Assembly (NCBI RefSeq): GCF_000011805.1
Contig: NC_006840.2
Direction: 5' to 3' (one strand)
DNA length: 32,000 nt
Source: Aliivibrio fischeri ES114
Lineage (GTDB): Bacteria; Pseudomonadota; Gammaproteobacteria; Enterobacterales; Vibrionaceae
Below are positions 9,693 through 20,107 of this stretch, in pieces. Made by a program: the position numbers and the translations under genes. Position 1 is the first letter of the stretch; every line of letters begins with the position of its first letter. The notes beneath the pieces are model-generated. The model was not told the origin of the DNA and searched no databases. It was given only the letters and a program-made list of their open reading frames with translations.

Positions 9693-9706
9693 TTGATTTA
9701 GGACAA
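9693..9706 (+). promoter_or_regulatory. distal FNR/CRP-family half-matching box upstream of grcA
   Basis: The site reads TTGAT-ttag-GACAA. The left half is perfect and the right half matches 3 of 5 positions. Its centre lies 53 bp upstream of the proximal box. Confidence 0.4.
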
Positions 9707-9745
9707 GATTTTCAATCTGAATTAATTGAAAGTTTTTGTAGTTTT

Positions 9746-9759
9746 TTGACATATATCAA
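9746..9759 (+). promoter_or_regulatory. proximal FNR-type box of the grcA promoter
   Basis: The site reads TTGAC-atat-ATCAA, a 9/10 match to TTGAT-N4-ATCAA. Its centre lies about 30-32 bp upstream of the TATATAAT -10 region, which is class II spacing. Confidence 0.6.
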
Positions 9760-9781
9760 TATACAAAGTAAGGGTATCATG

Positions 9782-9789
9782 TATATAAT
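9782..9789 (+). promoter_or_regulatory. -10 region of the grcA promoter
   Basis: TATATAAT contains TATAAT at 9784-9789. It lies about 55 nt upstream of the grcA ATG and its AGGAGA Shine-Dalgarno sequence. Confidence 0.5.
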
Positions 9790-9843
9790 GTGACCCATAA
9801 GATATTTAGAAAATAACCACAAAGTGGACTAGGAGAAAGTAAA

Positions 9844-10221
9844 ATGATCACAGGTATCCAAATTACTAAAGCAGCAAATGACGATCTTCTTAACTCAATC
9901 TGGCTACTAGATAGCGAGAAAAACGAAGCACGTTGTGTTGTTGCAACAGCAGGTTTTGAAGCTGACCAAGTTATCGCAGCAAGCGAACTAGGTGAGTACG
10001 AAAGCCGTGATGTTGCTATCGAAAAAGCACCAAAAATTGAAGGCGGTCAGCACCTAAATGTTAACGTTTTACAACGTGACACTCTAGAAGATGCTGTTAA
10101 GCACCCAGAGAACTACCCACAACTAACTATCCGTGTATCTGGTTATGCTGTGCGTTTTAACTCTCTAACAACAGAACAACAAAAAGACGTTATCGCACGT
10201 ACTTTTACTGAATCTCTATAA
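9844..10221 (+). CDS. grcA: autonomous glycyl radical cofactor GrcA (YfiD)
   Basis: The ORF is 125 aa. The C-terminal glycyl-radical motif is [29 protein letters not shown]. It is adjacent to ung, as in E. coli. Confidence 0.94.
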   Translation: MITGIQITKAANDDLLNSIWLLDSEKNEARCVVATAGFEADQVIAASELGEYESRDVAIEKAPKIEGGQHLNVNVLQRDTLEDAVKHPENYPQLTIRVSGYAVRFNSLTTEQQKDVIARTFTESL

Positions 10222-10246
10222 TTTTATAGTCGATTTAAAAATACGA

Positions 10247-10280
10247 AACGGCACTCAATGCTCATGAGTGCCGTTTTTTT
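10247..10280 (+). terminator. rho-independent terminator after grcA
   Basis: The hairpin AACGGCACTCA-atgc-TCATGAGTGCCGTT is followed by T7. Confidence 0.8.
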
Positions 10281-10357
10281 ATGCCAATCACAGTAAGTAT
10301 TTAACTGCTAGGGTGCTCAATTATTTACTACGATTGATATTATTACTTTAGTCATAT

Positions 10358-10391
10358 AAAAAAGTCCCTTTGATCATTAACCAAAGAGACT
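10358..10391 (-). terminator. probable terminator after thrC
   Basis: On the minus strand the hairpin AGTCTCTTTG-gttaatgat-CAAAGGGACT (one mismatch) is followed by TTTTTT. Confidence 0.6.
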
Positions 10392-10412
10392 CATCCATTT
10401 CAATCTTAATGC

Positions 10413-11696
10413 TTATTGAACTTTTCTTAATACTGCTTTAAGTGCATCAAAATCATTATCTAAATCTTCAGATAACAATTCCATCGCATTATGCTTGGCT
10501 AATGGAGCAGGTAGCTCAATATCATTGCCTAGAATATCTTCAACTACTTCTTTAAACTTAGCTGGATGTGCTGTACATAGGAAAAGGCCAGTTTCACCAT
10601 CAGAGAGTTGCTCATTCAATATACGATAAGCAATGGCACCATGAGGCTCACATAGATAGCCTGCTTGATTCATCTCTTTTAATGTTTCAGCACTTTGCTC
10701 ATCAGTAACTGCACCTTTACCAAGAGTTTCTAATCCCCATCCTAAACGCTGACATAGCTCTTCAATACGAGGCCAGTTATTTGGTTGACTTACATCCATT
10801 GCATTTGAAATCGTTGGGATCGTGACTTTAGGTTCCCATTGACCCGTTTCAAGATAACGAGGAACGGTATCATTAACATTCGTTGCAGCAATAAAGCGTT
10901 TTACAGGTAAGCCTAATGATTTCGCCAATAATCCCGCAGTTAAGTTGCCAAAATTACCACTTGGCACTGAAATAACGACATCATTACGTTTTTCTTTCGG
11001 TAGTTGAGATACCGCCTCAAAATAGTAGCAAATCTGTGCCATCAAACGGCTAATATTGATTGAGTTTGCAGAGTTTAATCCAACTTCTTTACGCAGTTCT
11101 GCATCATCAAAAGACTGTTTCACTAATGCTTGGCAGTCATCAAAATCACCATCAACTGCAACGGTATGGATATTCTTACCTAATGTACAAAATAACTTCT
11201 CTTGCAACGGACTGATTTTACCTTTCGGATAAAGAATAACGACCTTAATATTGTCCATACCATAAAATGCATGAGCAACAGCCGCACCAGTATCACCCGA
11301 TGTTGCTGTTAAAATCGTAATTTGTTCATCGCTATCAGTCACAGCAGCTAAAGATTGGGCCATAAAACGGCCACCAAAATCTTTAAATGCTAATGTTGGT
11401 CCATGAAATAACTCTAACGCATAGACATCATCTTTAACGGCTTTAATCGGTGCAGGGAATTGGAATGCATTCTCAACCATACTTCTTACGGTATCTTGAG
11501 GCAGTTCCTCTTTGATAAAAGCAGATAAAATTTTAGTACTACGAGAAATAAAATCCTCAGCAAGAAGTGCATCAACATCATCAAACTTAGGTAATTCTGA
11601 TGGAAAAAATAGTCCTTGATTACGACCTAAACCTTGGCGAACCGCTTGGCCAAAAGAGACCTGCTCATCATTTTCTTTTATGTTATACAGCTTCAT
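10413..11696 (-). CDS. thrC: threonine synthase
   Basis: The ORF is 427 aa. It has the PLP-lysine context [13 protein letters not shown] and is the last gene of the thrABC order. Its start overlaps the thrB stop (ATGA). Confidence 0.95.
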   Translation of the reverse strand: MKLYNIKENDEQVSFGQAVRQGLGRNQGLFFPSELPKFDDVDALLAEDFISRSTKILSAFIKEELPQDTVRSMVENAFQFPAPIKAVKDDVYALELFHGPTLAFKDFGGRFMAQSLAAVTDSDEQITILTATSGDTGAAVAHAFYGMDNIKVVILYPKGKISPLQEKLFCTLGKNIHTVAVDGDFDDCQALVKQSFDDAELRKEVGLNSANSINISRLMAQICYYFEAVSQLPKEKRNDVVISVPSGNFGNLTAGLLAKSLGLPVKRFIAATNVNDTVPRYLETGQWEPKVTIPTISNAMDVSQPNNWPRIEELCQRLGWGLETLGKGAVTDEQSAETLKEMNQAGYLCEPHGAIAYRILNEQLSDGETGLFLCTAHPAKFKEVVEDILGNDIELPAPLAKHNAMELLSEDLDNDFDALKAVLRKVQ

Positions 11697-12649
11697 AGTT
11701 TACTTCCTGTCACTTGTGATCCTTGCTTATCTAAACGACAAACATGAACAAATCCTTCATTATTTTGAACGTAATTTTCTTGTAGCCAACGAGATACTCT
11801 ATCCGCTACATCTTTATCTTTGCATATACTAAAAAGAGTCGGTCCTGAACCTGAAATCCCTGTCGTTAATGCGCCTGCTGATGCTGCGTATTCACGAGCT
11901 TTAGCAAAGTTTGGTAGCAAGCGCTCTCTATAAGGTTCAGCCACCACGTCTTTAATCATCTTTGCTGCAAGTTCAGGTTGTTTTGAATAACAAGCATGAA
12001 TAAAACCAGCAAGGTTACGACCATGTGCAATCACATCTTGACGACGGTATTGAGAAGGTAAAATCTCACGAGCTTCAGCGGTTGATACTTTAATTCCTGG
12101 ATAAGCCATAACCCAATACCATTCATCAAAGCATGGGACTTCTTGACTAATAATACCAAGCTCTTCCACCATTAACTGTAAACCACCAAGATAACATGGA
12201 GCTACATTATCATAGTGAATACCACCTGATATCTGCCCTTCCATTTCTCCCATTAATGCCAATAGTTCCATGTCATTTAAAGGGTTATCGTGAAATTGGT
12301 TTAATGCATCTAACGCCGCAACAATAGAACAAGCACTAGAACCAAGGCCTGAACCAATTGGCATATTTTTCTCTAAAATCATGTGAACATTCTTTAATGC
12401 CACATTTTTTTTATTCAATTCACGAGAAAATACACACCAACAGTCGTAAACAATATTGTCTTTCGGGTTTTCAGGTAATTTATCCACAAAGCTGCCAGCG
12501 GTAGCTAATGTAAATGCCTCACTTCCAAGCTCAACTAAAACACGATCTCCCAATAATGTACCGTCAATAGGTGAGACTGCTGCGCCTAATACATCAAAGC
12601 CAACACTGACATTTCCTATTGATGCAGGAGCATAAACAACAACACTCAT
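11693..12649 (-). CDS. thrB: homoserine kinase
   Basis: The ORF is 318 aa and carries the GHMP-kinase motif [10 protein letters not shown]. It lies between thrA and thrC. Confidence 0.95.
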   Translation of the reverse strand: MSVVVYAPASIGNVSVGFDVLGAAVSPIDGTLLGDRVLVELGSEAFTLATAGSFVDKLPENPKDNIVYDCWCVFSRELNKKNVALKNVHMILEKNMPIGSGLGSSACSIVAALDALNQFHDNPLNDMELLALMGEMEGQISGGIHYDNVAPCYLGGLQLMVEELGIISQEVPCFDEWYWVMAYPGIKVSTAEAREILPSQYRRQDVIAHGRNLAGFIHACYSKQPELAAKMIKDVVAEPYRERLLPNFAKAREYAASAGALTTGISGSGPTLFSICKDKDVADRVSRWLQENYVQNNEGFVHVCRLDKQGSQVTGSKL

Positions 12650-12650
12650 T

Positions 12651-15110
12651 CTATACTCCTAATTTCCAACCAAGCGTACGCATTAAATCAGAGAACACAC
12701 CAGCAGCGGTTACTTCGGTTCCTGCGCCATAACCACGCAATACTAATGGAATAGGTTGATAATAGCGGCTATAGAAAGCCAATGCGTTCTCGCCATCTTT
12801 AATCTTAAACATAGGATCATCGCCATCTACAGCAACAATTCTTACTTTACATTTACCATCTAAGATCTCACCAACATAGCGTAATACCTTGCCATCTTCT
12901 GCTGCAATAGCCGATTGCTCAGCAAAATAGGCATCCGCTTCAGGAAGTCGAGCCATAAACTCTTCAACCGTACCTGAATCGTCAAAGCCCGGCGGTAATG
13001 CTTGCTCAACTTCTACATCATCTAGCTCAATTTCTAATCCTGATTCACGAGCTAGAATTAATAATTTACGAGCAACATCCATACCTGAAAGATCATCTCG
13101 AGGATCTGGTTCTGTAAAGCCATTTTCTTTCGCTACGTTTGTCGCTTCGCTTAATGACATACCTTCATCTAACTTACCAAAGATATAAGAAAGAGAGCCA
13201 GACAAGATACCGTTGAACTTTTCAAGCTCATCACCTGCTGCAATCAAGTTCTGTAAGTTTTCGATAACAGGTAAGCCAGCACCAACCGTTGTTTCATACA
13301 TAAATTTACGACGAGTACCACGCGCAGCATTACGTAACTGATGGTAATAAGCCATTGAATCCGTATTGGCTTTCTTATTTGGTGTAATAACGTGAAAACC
13401 AGCTGATAGGAAATCAACGTATTGAGCAGCGATACCATGGTCAGACGTACAATCAACAATAACTGGGTTAATAATATGGTTACGTTGAACCAAAGCAATT
13501 AAACGAGCTAAGCTGAACTCCTCAGAGGAATTACTCATACGCTCACGCCAATCTTCTAGCGGAATGCCTTTGCTATCCAGTAGTAATCCTCGGCTATTTG
13601 CCAAACCACATACTCGAATTTCAATGCCTTTCTCTGCCAATTTTGGTTGCTGGCGTTTGATTTGATCAACTAATTCACCACCAACACCACCAACACCAAC
13701 AACAAATACATCTAAGAAATGTTTACTATTGAATAGGTTTTCATGACATGCTTTTATCGACTCAGATACTTTATCTTCAGGAATAACAGCAGAAATCGCA
13801 CGCTCAGAAGATCCTTGCGCGATGGCAATAATATTCACATTAACTTCAGTAAGAGAAGTAAAGAATTGAGATGCTACGCCTTTCGATGTACGCATGCCAT
13901 CGCCAACCAAAGTAACAATGGCAACATTATCTGTAAACTCAACCGGCTCTAATAAGCCATCTTTAAGTTCTAATTCAAACGCTTCTCTTAGTACTTGCTC
14001 TGCCTTGCATTTGTCTTCAGCTTCAATACAAAAACTTATACTGTATTCTGATGAGGATTGAGTAATGAGAACAATTGAGATCCCTGTTGCCGACATAGCA
14101 CCAAATACACGACTTGCCATACCAACCATGCCTTTCATACCCGGCCCACTAACATTAACCATGGTTAAGTTATTTAGGGTCGTAATCCCTTTAATAGCCA
14201 GATTATCTTCACCGGTATCTTGACCGATTAGAGTCCCTGCACCTTGAGGGTTAAAGCTATTTTTAATTAGACAAGGAATGTGGAATTGAGCAATAGGAGC
14301 GATGGTTTTCGGGTGAAGAACAGAAGCACCAAAGTAAGAGAGCTCCATAGCTTCTTGATAACTTAATGATTTTAATAGACGAGCATCATCAACTAAACGT
14401 GGGTCACAATTATAAACACCATCTACATCAGTCCAAATTTCACAACATTCAGCTCGTAAACATGCTGCAAGTACTGCTGCTGAATAATCAGAACCATTAC
14501 GGCCAAGAGTTACCAACTCTCCTTTCGCATTACCAGCAGTAAAGCCAGGCATAATATTTACATGACCTTGCGGCAATGGTTCATTCTTAAAGTTTAATGT
14601 TGATACATCAACATCTACCGCACCTTCAAGGTAATCGCCTTTCGCATATAAATACTTAACAGGATCAATTAAGCTTGCTGGTTGACCTTTTGCTTCTAAT
14701 ACGGCTTTCATCATGACAATAGAAATGCGTTCACCTTTACTGATGATTTTTGCATATACATTATCAGGACACATACCAAGCAAGGTGATCCCATGAGCAT
14801 ATTGACGTAATTGAGAAATAGAATCTTTCAGCTTATTTTCAAGTAATTTAAGATCAACTTGTGGAAGGGTGTTAGAAATACCACTAAATAATTGAGTAAA
14901 AACAGATTCTAGTTCTGAGATTTGTAATTCTGCTTCACCATTGGTAAGAAGATTATCAACCACTGAAACTAATTTATTTGTTACTTTTCCAGGCGCTGAT
15001 AATACGACAGAAACTTCTTGTTGCTGTGCATTATTAGCAATAATGTCTGCGGCACGTAAAAAACGATCTGAATCAGCTAATGACGAACCACCAAATTTTA
15101 ATACTCGCAT
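12651..15110 (-). CDS. thrA: bifunctional aspartokinase I / homoserine dehydrogenase I
   Basis: The ORF is 819 aa against 820 aa in E. coli. It has the N-terminal [10 protein letters not shown] kinase motif and the C-terminal homoserine dehydrogenase domain ([11 protein letters not shown]-binding loop). Confidence 0.96.
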   Translation of the reverse strand: MRVLKFGGSSLADSDRFLRAADIIANNAQQQEVSVVLSAPGKVTNKLVSVVDNLLTNGEAELQISELESVFTQLFSGISNTLPQVDLKLLENKLKDSISQLRQYAHGITLLGMCPDNVYAKIISKGERISIVMMKAVLEAKGQPASLIDPVKYLYAKGDYLEGAVDVDVSTLNFKNEPLPQGHVNIMPGFTAGNAKGELVTLGRNGSDYSAAVLAACLRAECCEIWTDVDGVYNCDPRLVDDARLLKSLSYQEAMELSYFGASVLHPKTIAPIAQFHIPCLIKNSFNPQGAGTLIGQDTGEDNLAIKGITTLNNLTMVNVSGPGMKGMVGMASRVFGAMSATGISIVLITQSSSEYSISFCIEAEDKCKAEQVLREAFELELKDGLLEPVEFTDNVAIVTLVGDGMRTSKGVASQFFTSLTEVNVNIIAIAQGSSERAISAVIPEDKVSESIKACHENLFNSKHFLDVFVVGVGGVGGELVDQIKRQQPKLAEKGIEIRVCGLANSRGLLLDSKGIPLEDWRERMSNSSEEFSLARLIALVQRNHIINPVIVDCTSDHGIAAQYVDFLSAGFHVITPNKKANTDSMAYYHQLRNAARGTRRKFMYETTVGAGLPVIENLQNLIAAGDELEKFNGILSGSLSYIFGKLDEGMSLSEATNVAKENGFTEPDPRDDLSGMDVARKLLILARESGLEIELDDVEVEQALPPGFDDSGTVEEFMARLPEADAYFAEQSAIAAEDGKVLRYVGEILDGKCKVRIVAVDGDDPMFKIKDGENALAFYSRYYQPIPLVLRGYGAGTEVTAAGVFSDLMRTLGWKLGV

Positions 15111-15225
15111 TTCTTCCTCCCTAAAAACGAGTGTTACTGCAATATCCTTACTGCATAACTAACATCATCATAACCTTTTCATTTGATAATAAAAGAATGC
15201 AATTAAGAATTAGTAACAAATTTGC

Positions 15226-15263
15226 AAAAAAAAGCCTGCTCTGGTAATCAGAGCAGGCTTTTT
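15226..15263 (-). terminator. thr operon attenuator (leader terminator)
   Basis: On the minus strand the hairpin AGCCTGCTCTG-attac-CAGAGCAGGCT is followed by T8. It begins about 20 nt after the thrL stop and ends about 115 nt before the thrA ATG. Confidence 0.8.
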
Positions 15264-15279
15264 CATATACTTATACGTA

Positions 15280-15348
15280 TCAGCCCACCCCAGCAACCAT
15301 GGTGCCGGTAATTGTTGTGGTAATAATCATAGAGCTGATAATAAACAT
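15280..15348 (-). CDS. thrL: thr operon leader peptide
   Basis: This 22-codon ORF is absent from the ORF track. It encodes MFIISSMIITTTITGTMVAGVG* (5 Ile and 5 Thr). It lies directly upstream of the attenuator hairpin and thrA. An alternative start is the internal ATG at 15328-15330. Confidence 0.8.
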   Translation of the reverse strand: MFIISSMIITTTITGTMVAGVG

Positions 15349-15510
15349 ATAATAAATTCTAAAGTAAATTGTTTGTCTTATGTAACATTTACCTTACTTA
15401 GAACTAATAAGTCAATGAAAAGTTTATTTATTTACTCAATAAAATATACAAACTAATCACCAAGACCTTGAATAATAAAAACAAATATTTTATTTATTTA
15501 TAAAATTTAT

Positions 15511-15987
15511 TTAAATTAATAACTCTTTACTCATTAATAACCCATTGAGATCTGCATAAATATAATCTCCTGGAGAAATCATTTTTCCATTAATAGTGAG
15601 AGAAACTTGTTGCTCTCCTGCGCCTCTCTTCTCTGTTTTGAAAGGTGAGGTTCCTAGTGCCTTTAGGCCTAATGGCATGGTTTGTATTGCACCGACATCA
15701 CGAACAACACCATAAACAATCACTCCCTCCCACTGATTTTCAACAGCCAAGGTAGCAACTTGATCACCAAGTAACGCTTTTTGGCGCGATCCATTTCCAT
15801 CTATGAATAATACTTTGCCCTTTCCATTCTGCTGGAGCACTTCTCTAACCAAAGAATTATCTTTATAACAACGAACCGTTACAATCTCGCCATAAAAACA
15901 CGCCTTCCCGCCAAAGTTTTTAAAATCGATATCAACTAACTGCACTTTATCTTCAAACTGATCACAAATATCAGGTAATAAATCCAT
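15511..15987 (-). CDS. rraA: RraA-family protein (RNase E activity regulator / demethylmenaquinone methyltransferase-like fold)
   Basis: The 158-aa ORF is colinear with E. coli RraA (..FKNFGG.., [27 protein letters not shown]). Vibrios carry RraA paralogues, so orthologue versus paralogue is unresolved. Confidence 0.75.
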   Translation of the reverse strand: MDLLPDICDQFEDKVQLVDIDFKNFGGKACFYGEIVTVRCYKDNSLVREVLQQNGKGKVLFIDGNGSRQKALLGDQVATLAVENQWEGVIVYGVVRDVGAIQTMPLGLKALGTSPFKTEKRGAGEQQVSLTINGKMISPGDYIYADLNGLLMSKELLI

Positions 15988-16130
15988 TTTATGTTCTCCT
16001 TGTTTGTAAAATCAACTATACAATAACAACATTTTTCAAATTACTTAGTTAGTATTCGCATAGATATTTACAATTTCAATATAGATATGTTGCCTTATTT
16101 ATTACTACACTCTATTGTTATCGGTTGCTA

Positions 16131-16144
16131 TTGATATAAATCAA
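16131..16144. promoter_or_regulatory. perfect FNR-consensus palindrome in the rraA-arcA divergent region
   Basis: The site reads TTGAT-ataa-ATCAA. It lies about 300 bp upstream of the arcA ATG and about 150 bp upstream of the rraA-family ATG. Confidence 0.4.
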
Positions 16145-16435
16145 TAAAATGTATGGAAATAAAAATCGCTTATTGTTAGAGTGGTGTTAAAGGATTAAAA
16201 TCCTGCTTCTAATGGAGTTTCAGTAAGTAGCTCACTAAATTAGAGCTTTATCTTGTTATTGACTTTATATTCAATAACAACCACCAAGGATGGCGTACCG
16301 TTTAGGTTTGAATTCTTCTATATTACTTTTTATTAACTATTGAAGAATCTATTTTCCTATTTGTAAATTTTTTATTATAGAATTAAAATTTGTTAATTCT
16401 ACTTTTGACTTTAACCAGTTAGTTAGGTACCGCCC

Positions 16436-17155
16436 ATGCAAACCCCACAGATCCTAATCGTTGAAGATGAACACGTAACTCGTAATACGTTAAAAAGCAT
16501 TTTTGAAGCTGAAGGCTACAATGTTTTTGAAGCTAGCGATGGCGAAGAAATGCATAAAGTGCTTTCTGAACAGCAGCTTAATCTTGTGATTATGGATATT
16601 AACCTGCCAGGTAAAAATGGCCTTCTTCTTGCTCGCGAACTTCGTGAACGAGGCGATATGGCATTAATGTTCCTAACAGGCCGTGATAATGAAGTTGATA
16701 AGATTTTAGGTTTAGAAATTGGCGCTGATGATTACATCACAAAACCATTCAACCCACGTGAACTGACTATTCGTGCACGTAACTTATTAACTCGTTCAAT
16801 GAACCAAAACACAGTTGTTGAAGATAAGAAAATGGTTGAGCGCTATGTGTTCAACGGTTGGACTGTAGAAATCAACAGCCGTTCTCTTGTTAGCCCAAGC
16901 GGTGAGAGCTACAAGCTTCCACGTTCTGAATTCCGTGCTCTGCTTCACTTCTGTGAAAACCCAGGCAAAATCCAGACTCGTGCAGATCTACTGAAAAAAA
17001 TGACTGGTCGTGAGCTTAAACCACACGATCGTACAGTAGACGTAACTATCCGTCGCATCCGTAAGCACTTTGAATCTGTAACTGATACACCAGAGATCAT
17101 CGCTACAATTCACGGTGAAGGCTACCGCTTCTGTGGTGACCTAGAAGAGCTATAA
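16436..17155 (+). CDS. arcA: aerobic respiration control response regulator ArcA
   Basis: The ORF is 239 aa. The N-terminus [28 protein letters not shown] is nearly identical to E. coli ArcA, and OmpR-type receiver and winged-helix domains are present. Confidence 0.96.
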   Translation: MQTPQILIVEDEHVTRNTLKSIFEAEGYNVFEASDGEEMHKVLSEQQLNLVIMDINLPGKNGLLLARELRERGDMALMFLTGRDNEVDKILGLEIGADDYITKPFNPRELTIRARNLLTRSMNQNTVVEDKKMVERYVFNGWTVEINSRSLVSPSGESYKLPRSEFRALLHFCENPGKIQTRADLLKKMTGRELKPHDRTVDVTIRRIRKHFESVTDTPEIIATIHGEGYRFCGDLEEL

Positions 17156-17180
17156 GAATCTCTTCTATCTGACTTTAAAT

Positions 17181-17214
17181 AAAATGCCCAGCTAGTGATA
17201 GCTGGGCATTTTTT
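17181..17214. terminator. bidirectional terminator between arcA and the arcB-linked lipoprotein gene
   Basis: The hairpin AAAATGCCCAGCT-agtgat-AGCTGGGCATTTTTT sits between the two convergent genes. Confidence 0.8.
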
Positions 17215-17231
17215 ATCTATATAACATAGTA

Positions 17232-17678
17232 TTAATATACTGTATCAACACTCACGTTGGTTTCAATAATCCACTCACCACTTGCTTTAATTGCAATATC
17301 TACTTTTTTGCTTGCGTCTAAGGTGTGGAATGTCTGGCCTGCCACTTCCCAATTATGATTATCTTGAACTCGTACTTCATATTCCTCTTCGGTTACTTCC
17401 CAAGAGTCGTCACCTTGACGTAGTTCAACACGTTCAATATTCAATTCAGGTGCTATGACTTGTTTTGAGCTCAAACCTAATGCAAAGTTAACTTTACTCT
17501 CATCACTGTCTTCACCAATAGTTGGCATTTGATCTATCCAAATGGCTGAATTCAATTCAATTTTGGCATTCATCATTTCAATTTTATTATCTTGTTTCCA
17601 ATCCGCTTCTGATTGATTCGTCATTTGACAACCAGATAAAGCTGTTATTAGTGTTGCGGCAAATAGTACCTTCTTCAT
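17232..17678 (-). CDS. uncharacterised acidic lipoprotein, coupled to arcB
   Basis: The ORF is 148 aa and has a lipobox (LITALSG|C). Its AAGGA Shine-Dalgarno sequence overlaps the arcB stop codon, with an 8-nt gap between the genes. I recognise no family. Confidence 0.65.
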   Translation of the reverse strand: MKKVLFAATLITALSGCQMTNQSEADWKQDNKIEMMNAKIELNSAIWIDQMPTIGEDSDESKVNFALGLSSKQVIAPELNIERVELRQGDDSWEVTEEEYEVRVQDNHNWEVAGQTFHTLDASKKVDIAIKASGEWIIETNVSVDTVY

Positions 17679-17686
17679 ATTATTCC

Positions 17687-20053
17687 TTACTTATCTTGCT
17701 GCTCTAACCAGCTTTTTAAAATTTGAATATCATGTTCGTATTCATTTTTGATTTCTTCAACCCAATCATCAATATTTTCCCACCACGCAGGTAAATCTGG
17801 TGATTGTGCTTTCTGTGCGACTTGTTGAATATGTTTTAACCCAATCGAGCCTGCTGCACCTTTCATTTTATGCGTTTCAAACACAATGCCATCTTGGTCT
17901 CTGGCCGTCATGTTTGTATCAAGTATTTGAATGTATTCTTTCATACTTTTTTCAAACATTTCGATATTTGCATAAATAGGTTTTGTTCCTACGATCTCAA
18001 TATAAGACTCTAACATTTCTAGATCGAGTAAACATTCAATTAGCTGATCATTTTCAGTAGGCTCAGAAGAGACTTCTTGTTCTTGTGGTACGCTTGGAAT
18101 GTCTGTCTTCTTCTCTGACATTGAAAATTGCTCAAGTACCTCGGTTAACGCTTTAACACTCAGTGGTTTACTTAACGCTTCATCCATTCCATTTTTAAAA
18201 TACTCATCTTTTTCTTTAAGTAAATTAGCCGTTAATGCAATTAATGGTGGTAAATTATCAAACTTATCACGTAATATTTTAGCGACATCAAACCCTGTCA
18301 TATCAGGCAATTGAATATCTAAAAGCGCTAGATCATACTTAGTTGGATCAAATTGCTTTATCGCATCTTCACCACACATTGCAACATCAACGGTATGACC
18401 TAAGCTTTCTAATAAAGAGCACGCTACTGTGACATTTAACTCAATATCTTCAAGCATAAAAATGCGTAATGACTTTGAGCTTTTTGTCTCAGGCATTGCC
18501 TCTTCTTCTTCTACATGATCAACTAATGGAACATTAATTGTCACTATAAAAGTACTACCAAAATCGACTTCACTTGTAACCGTGATATCACCACCCATTA
18601 AATTTATCAGCTCTTTTGATACCGCTAGTCCAATCCCAGTACCTACAGCATGTAAATTATCCTTGCCTTGCTTAACTTGATAATACATAGCAAAAACATT
18701 TTCTAATTCTTCTTCAGGAATACCGATTCCGGTGTCTTCTATCTCAAAGGTGATCTCTGCGCTATCCTGATGTATGTCCGCACTCACAGACATAACAACC
18801 CCACCTTCTTTGGTAAATTTGGTGGCATTACCAACAAGGTTCCATAACACCTGTCTTAATCGAGTGCTATCTACACTGATATGAGGAGGTAAGTCGGTCA
18901 AGCGCTCAAGATCAAAACGTAACCCTTTTTGTTCAGCCATAAGCCCCGAAATGTTTTCCATTTCAGTGACAAAACTAATGAAATCTAGCGGTTTAGGGAA
19001 AAGCTCTAATTTGCGGCGATCGAACTTATCCATATCGATAATATCGTTAAAAATATTGCCTAATGTAATGGCACTGACATTAATGGTTCTCATGTAATTA
19101 TGTTGTTCATCATCTAAACGAGAGTCCAACAACATTCGGCTTAAACCGACAATACCATTTAATGGCGTGCGTAATTCATGACTGATGGTTGAAATAAAGG
19201 TCGTTTTATCACGGCTCGCTTTTTGTAATGCATCTTCATATTCTTTACGTTCAGTAATATTTCGTCCAAAACCAACCAAGCCTAAACGACGACCATCTTT
19301 GCTATAAAATGGAATTTTATTCAATTCAAAACACGCTTTACGACCATCAGGGTAATCAAGCCATTGTTCATAGGTTAATGCTTGGTTTTCTTGTAAAACT
19401 TGCCTATCCGTATCAATAACTTTTGCAGCAACTTCGGCATCGTATACATCTTTAGGAGAGAGGCCAATCAGCTCTTTTTCTAACTTGCCAGTCAGCTGCT
19501 CCATGGCTTTATTACAACCAGAGAATAGACCAAGATCGTTTCGGTAATAAATAATATCGGGAGAGGTATCTAAGTAAGATCGTAATAATGCGGTTTGTTC
19601 TGCTAATTCTAATTGTGCTTTCTCACGTTGGAATACTTCATTTTCGAGATCTTCCATCGCTTCTTGTCGTGCTTCTTCTGCTTTTTCACGTTCTTCAATT
19701 TCTTGATTTAGCTTTTTAACATTTCCTTTAAGCTTTTTATTTAAATCAAGATCTCGAGTACGCATCTCTTCAAGCTTACTCACCAATTTAGATAATCGTT
19801 GACGAGAATCTTCTAAATGTTCAACCACTACAGATAAAAAGAACACTGCCCAAGGCGTGATCAATAAACCAAAGAATACAGAACGAATAATATCGAGATC
19901 ATTCACTTCACCGCTCAGAACAAGCGTCACACCAACCTGAACAATGACGGCGAGTGCAACTAAGGCAATGGCAAGTAATAGACTAAAACGGACAATGCCG
20001 AGCCTTACCATAAGATCGACATAAAATTGCGCGAGAATTTTTAACTGCTTCAT
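17687..20053 (-). CDS. arcB: hybrid sensor kinase ArcB
   Basis: The sequence is colinear with E. coli ArcB through MKQLKILAQFYVDLM.., the leucine-zipper/PAS region, the H-box SHELRTPLNG, the receiver LLDIQLPDMTG and the HPt HKMKGAAGSIG. I start the gene at the second Met (20053) to match E. coli, rather than at the tracked start (20059). Confidence 0.94.
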   Translation of the reverse strand: MKQLKILAQFYVDLMVRLGIVRFSLLLAIALVALAVIVQVGVTLVLSGEVNDLDIIRSVFFGLLITPWAVFFLSVVVEHLEDSRQRLSKLVSKLEEMRTRDLDLNKKLKGNVKKLNQEIEEREKAEEARQEAMEDLENEVFQREKAQLELAEQTALLRSYLDTSPDIIYYRNDLGLFSGCNKAMEQLTGKLEKELIGLSPKDVYDAEVAAKVIDTDRQVLQENQALTYEQWLDYPDGRKACFELNKIPFYSKDGRRLGLVGFGRNITERKEYEDALQKASRDKTTFISTISHELRTPLNGIVGLSRMLLDSRLDDEQHNYMRTINVSAITLGNIFNDIIDMDKFDRRKLELFPKPLDFISFVTEMENISGLMAEQKGLRFDLERLTDLPPHISVDSTRLRQVLWNLVGNATKFTKEGGVVMSVSADIHQDSAEITFEIEDTGIGIPEEELENVFAMYYQVKQGKDNLHAVGTGIGLAVSKELINLMGGDITVTSEVDFGSTFIVTINVPLVDHVEEEEAMPETKSSKSLRIFMLEDIELNVTVACSLLESLGHTVDVAMCGEDAIKQFDPTKYDLALLDIQLPDMTGFDVAKILRDKFDNLPPLIALTANLLKEKDEYFKNGMDEALSKPLSVKALTEVLEQFSMSEKKTDIPSVPQEQEVSSEPTENDQLIECLLDLEMLESYIEIVGTKPIYANIEMFEKSMKEYIQILDTNMTARDQDGIVFETHKMKGAAGSIGLKHIQQVAQKAQSPDLPAWWENIDDWVEEIKNEYEHDIQILKSWLEQQDK

Positions 20054-20107
20054 AAACATACCCTGATAATATTCACATAAATAATATCAGGGTTAGATGC
20101 ATTTGAG

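Noticed and set aside
15134-15155. An 8-bp direct repeat (TGCAGTAA on the minus strand, two copies 14 bp apart) between the thr attenuator and the thrA start
   Set aside because: It is short and AT-rich enough to occur by chance, and no known regulator motif is recognised. Noted only.
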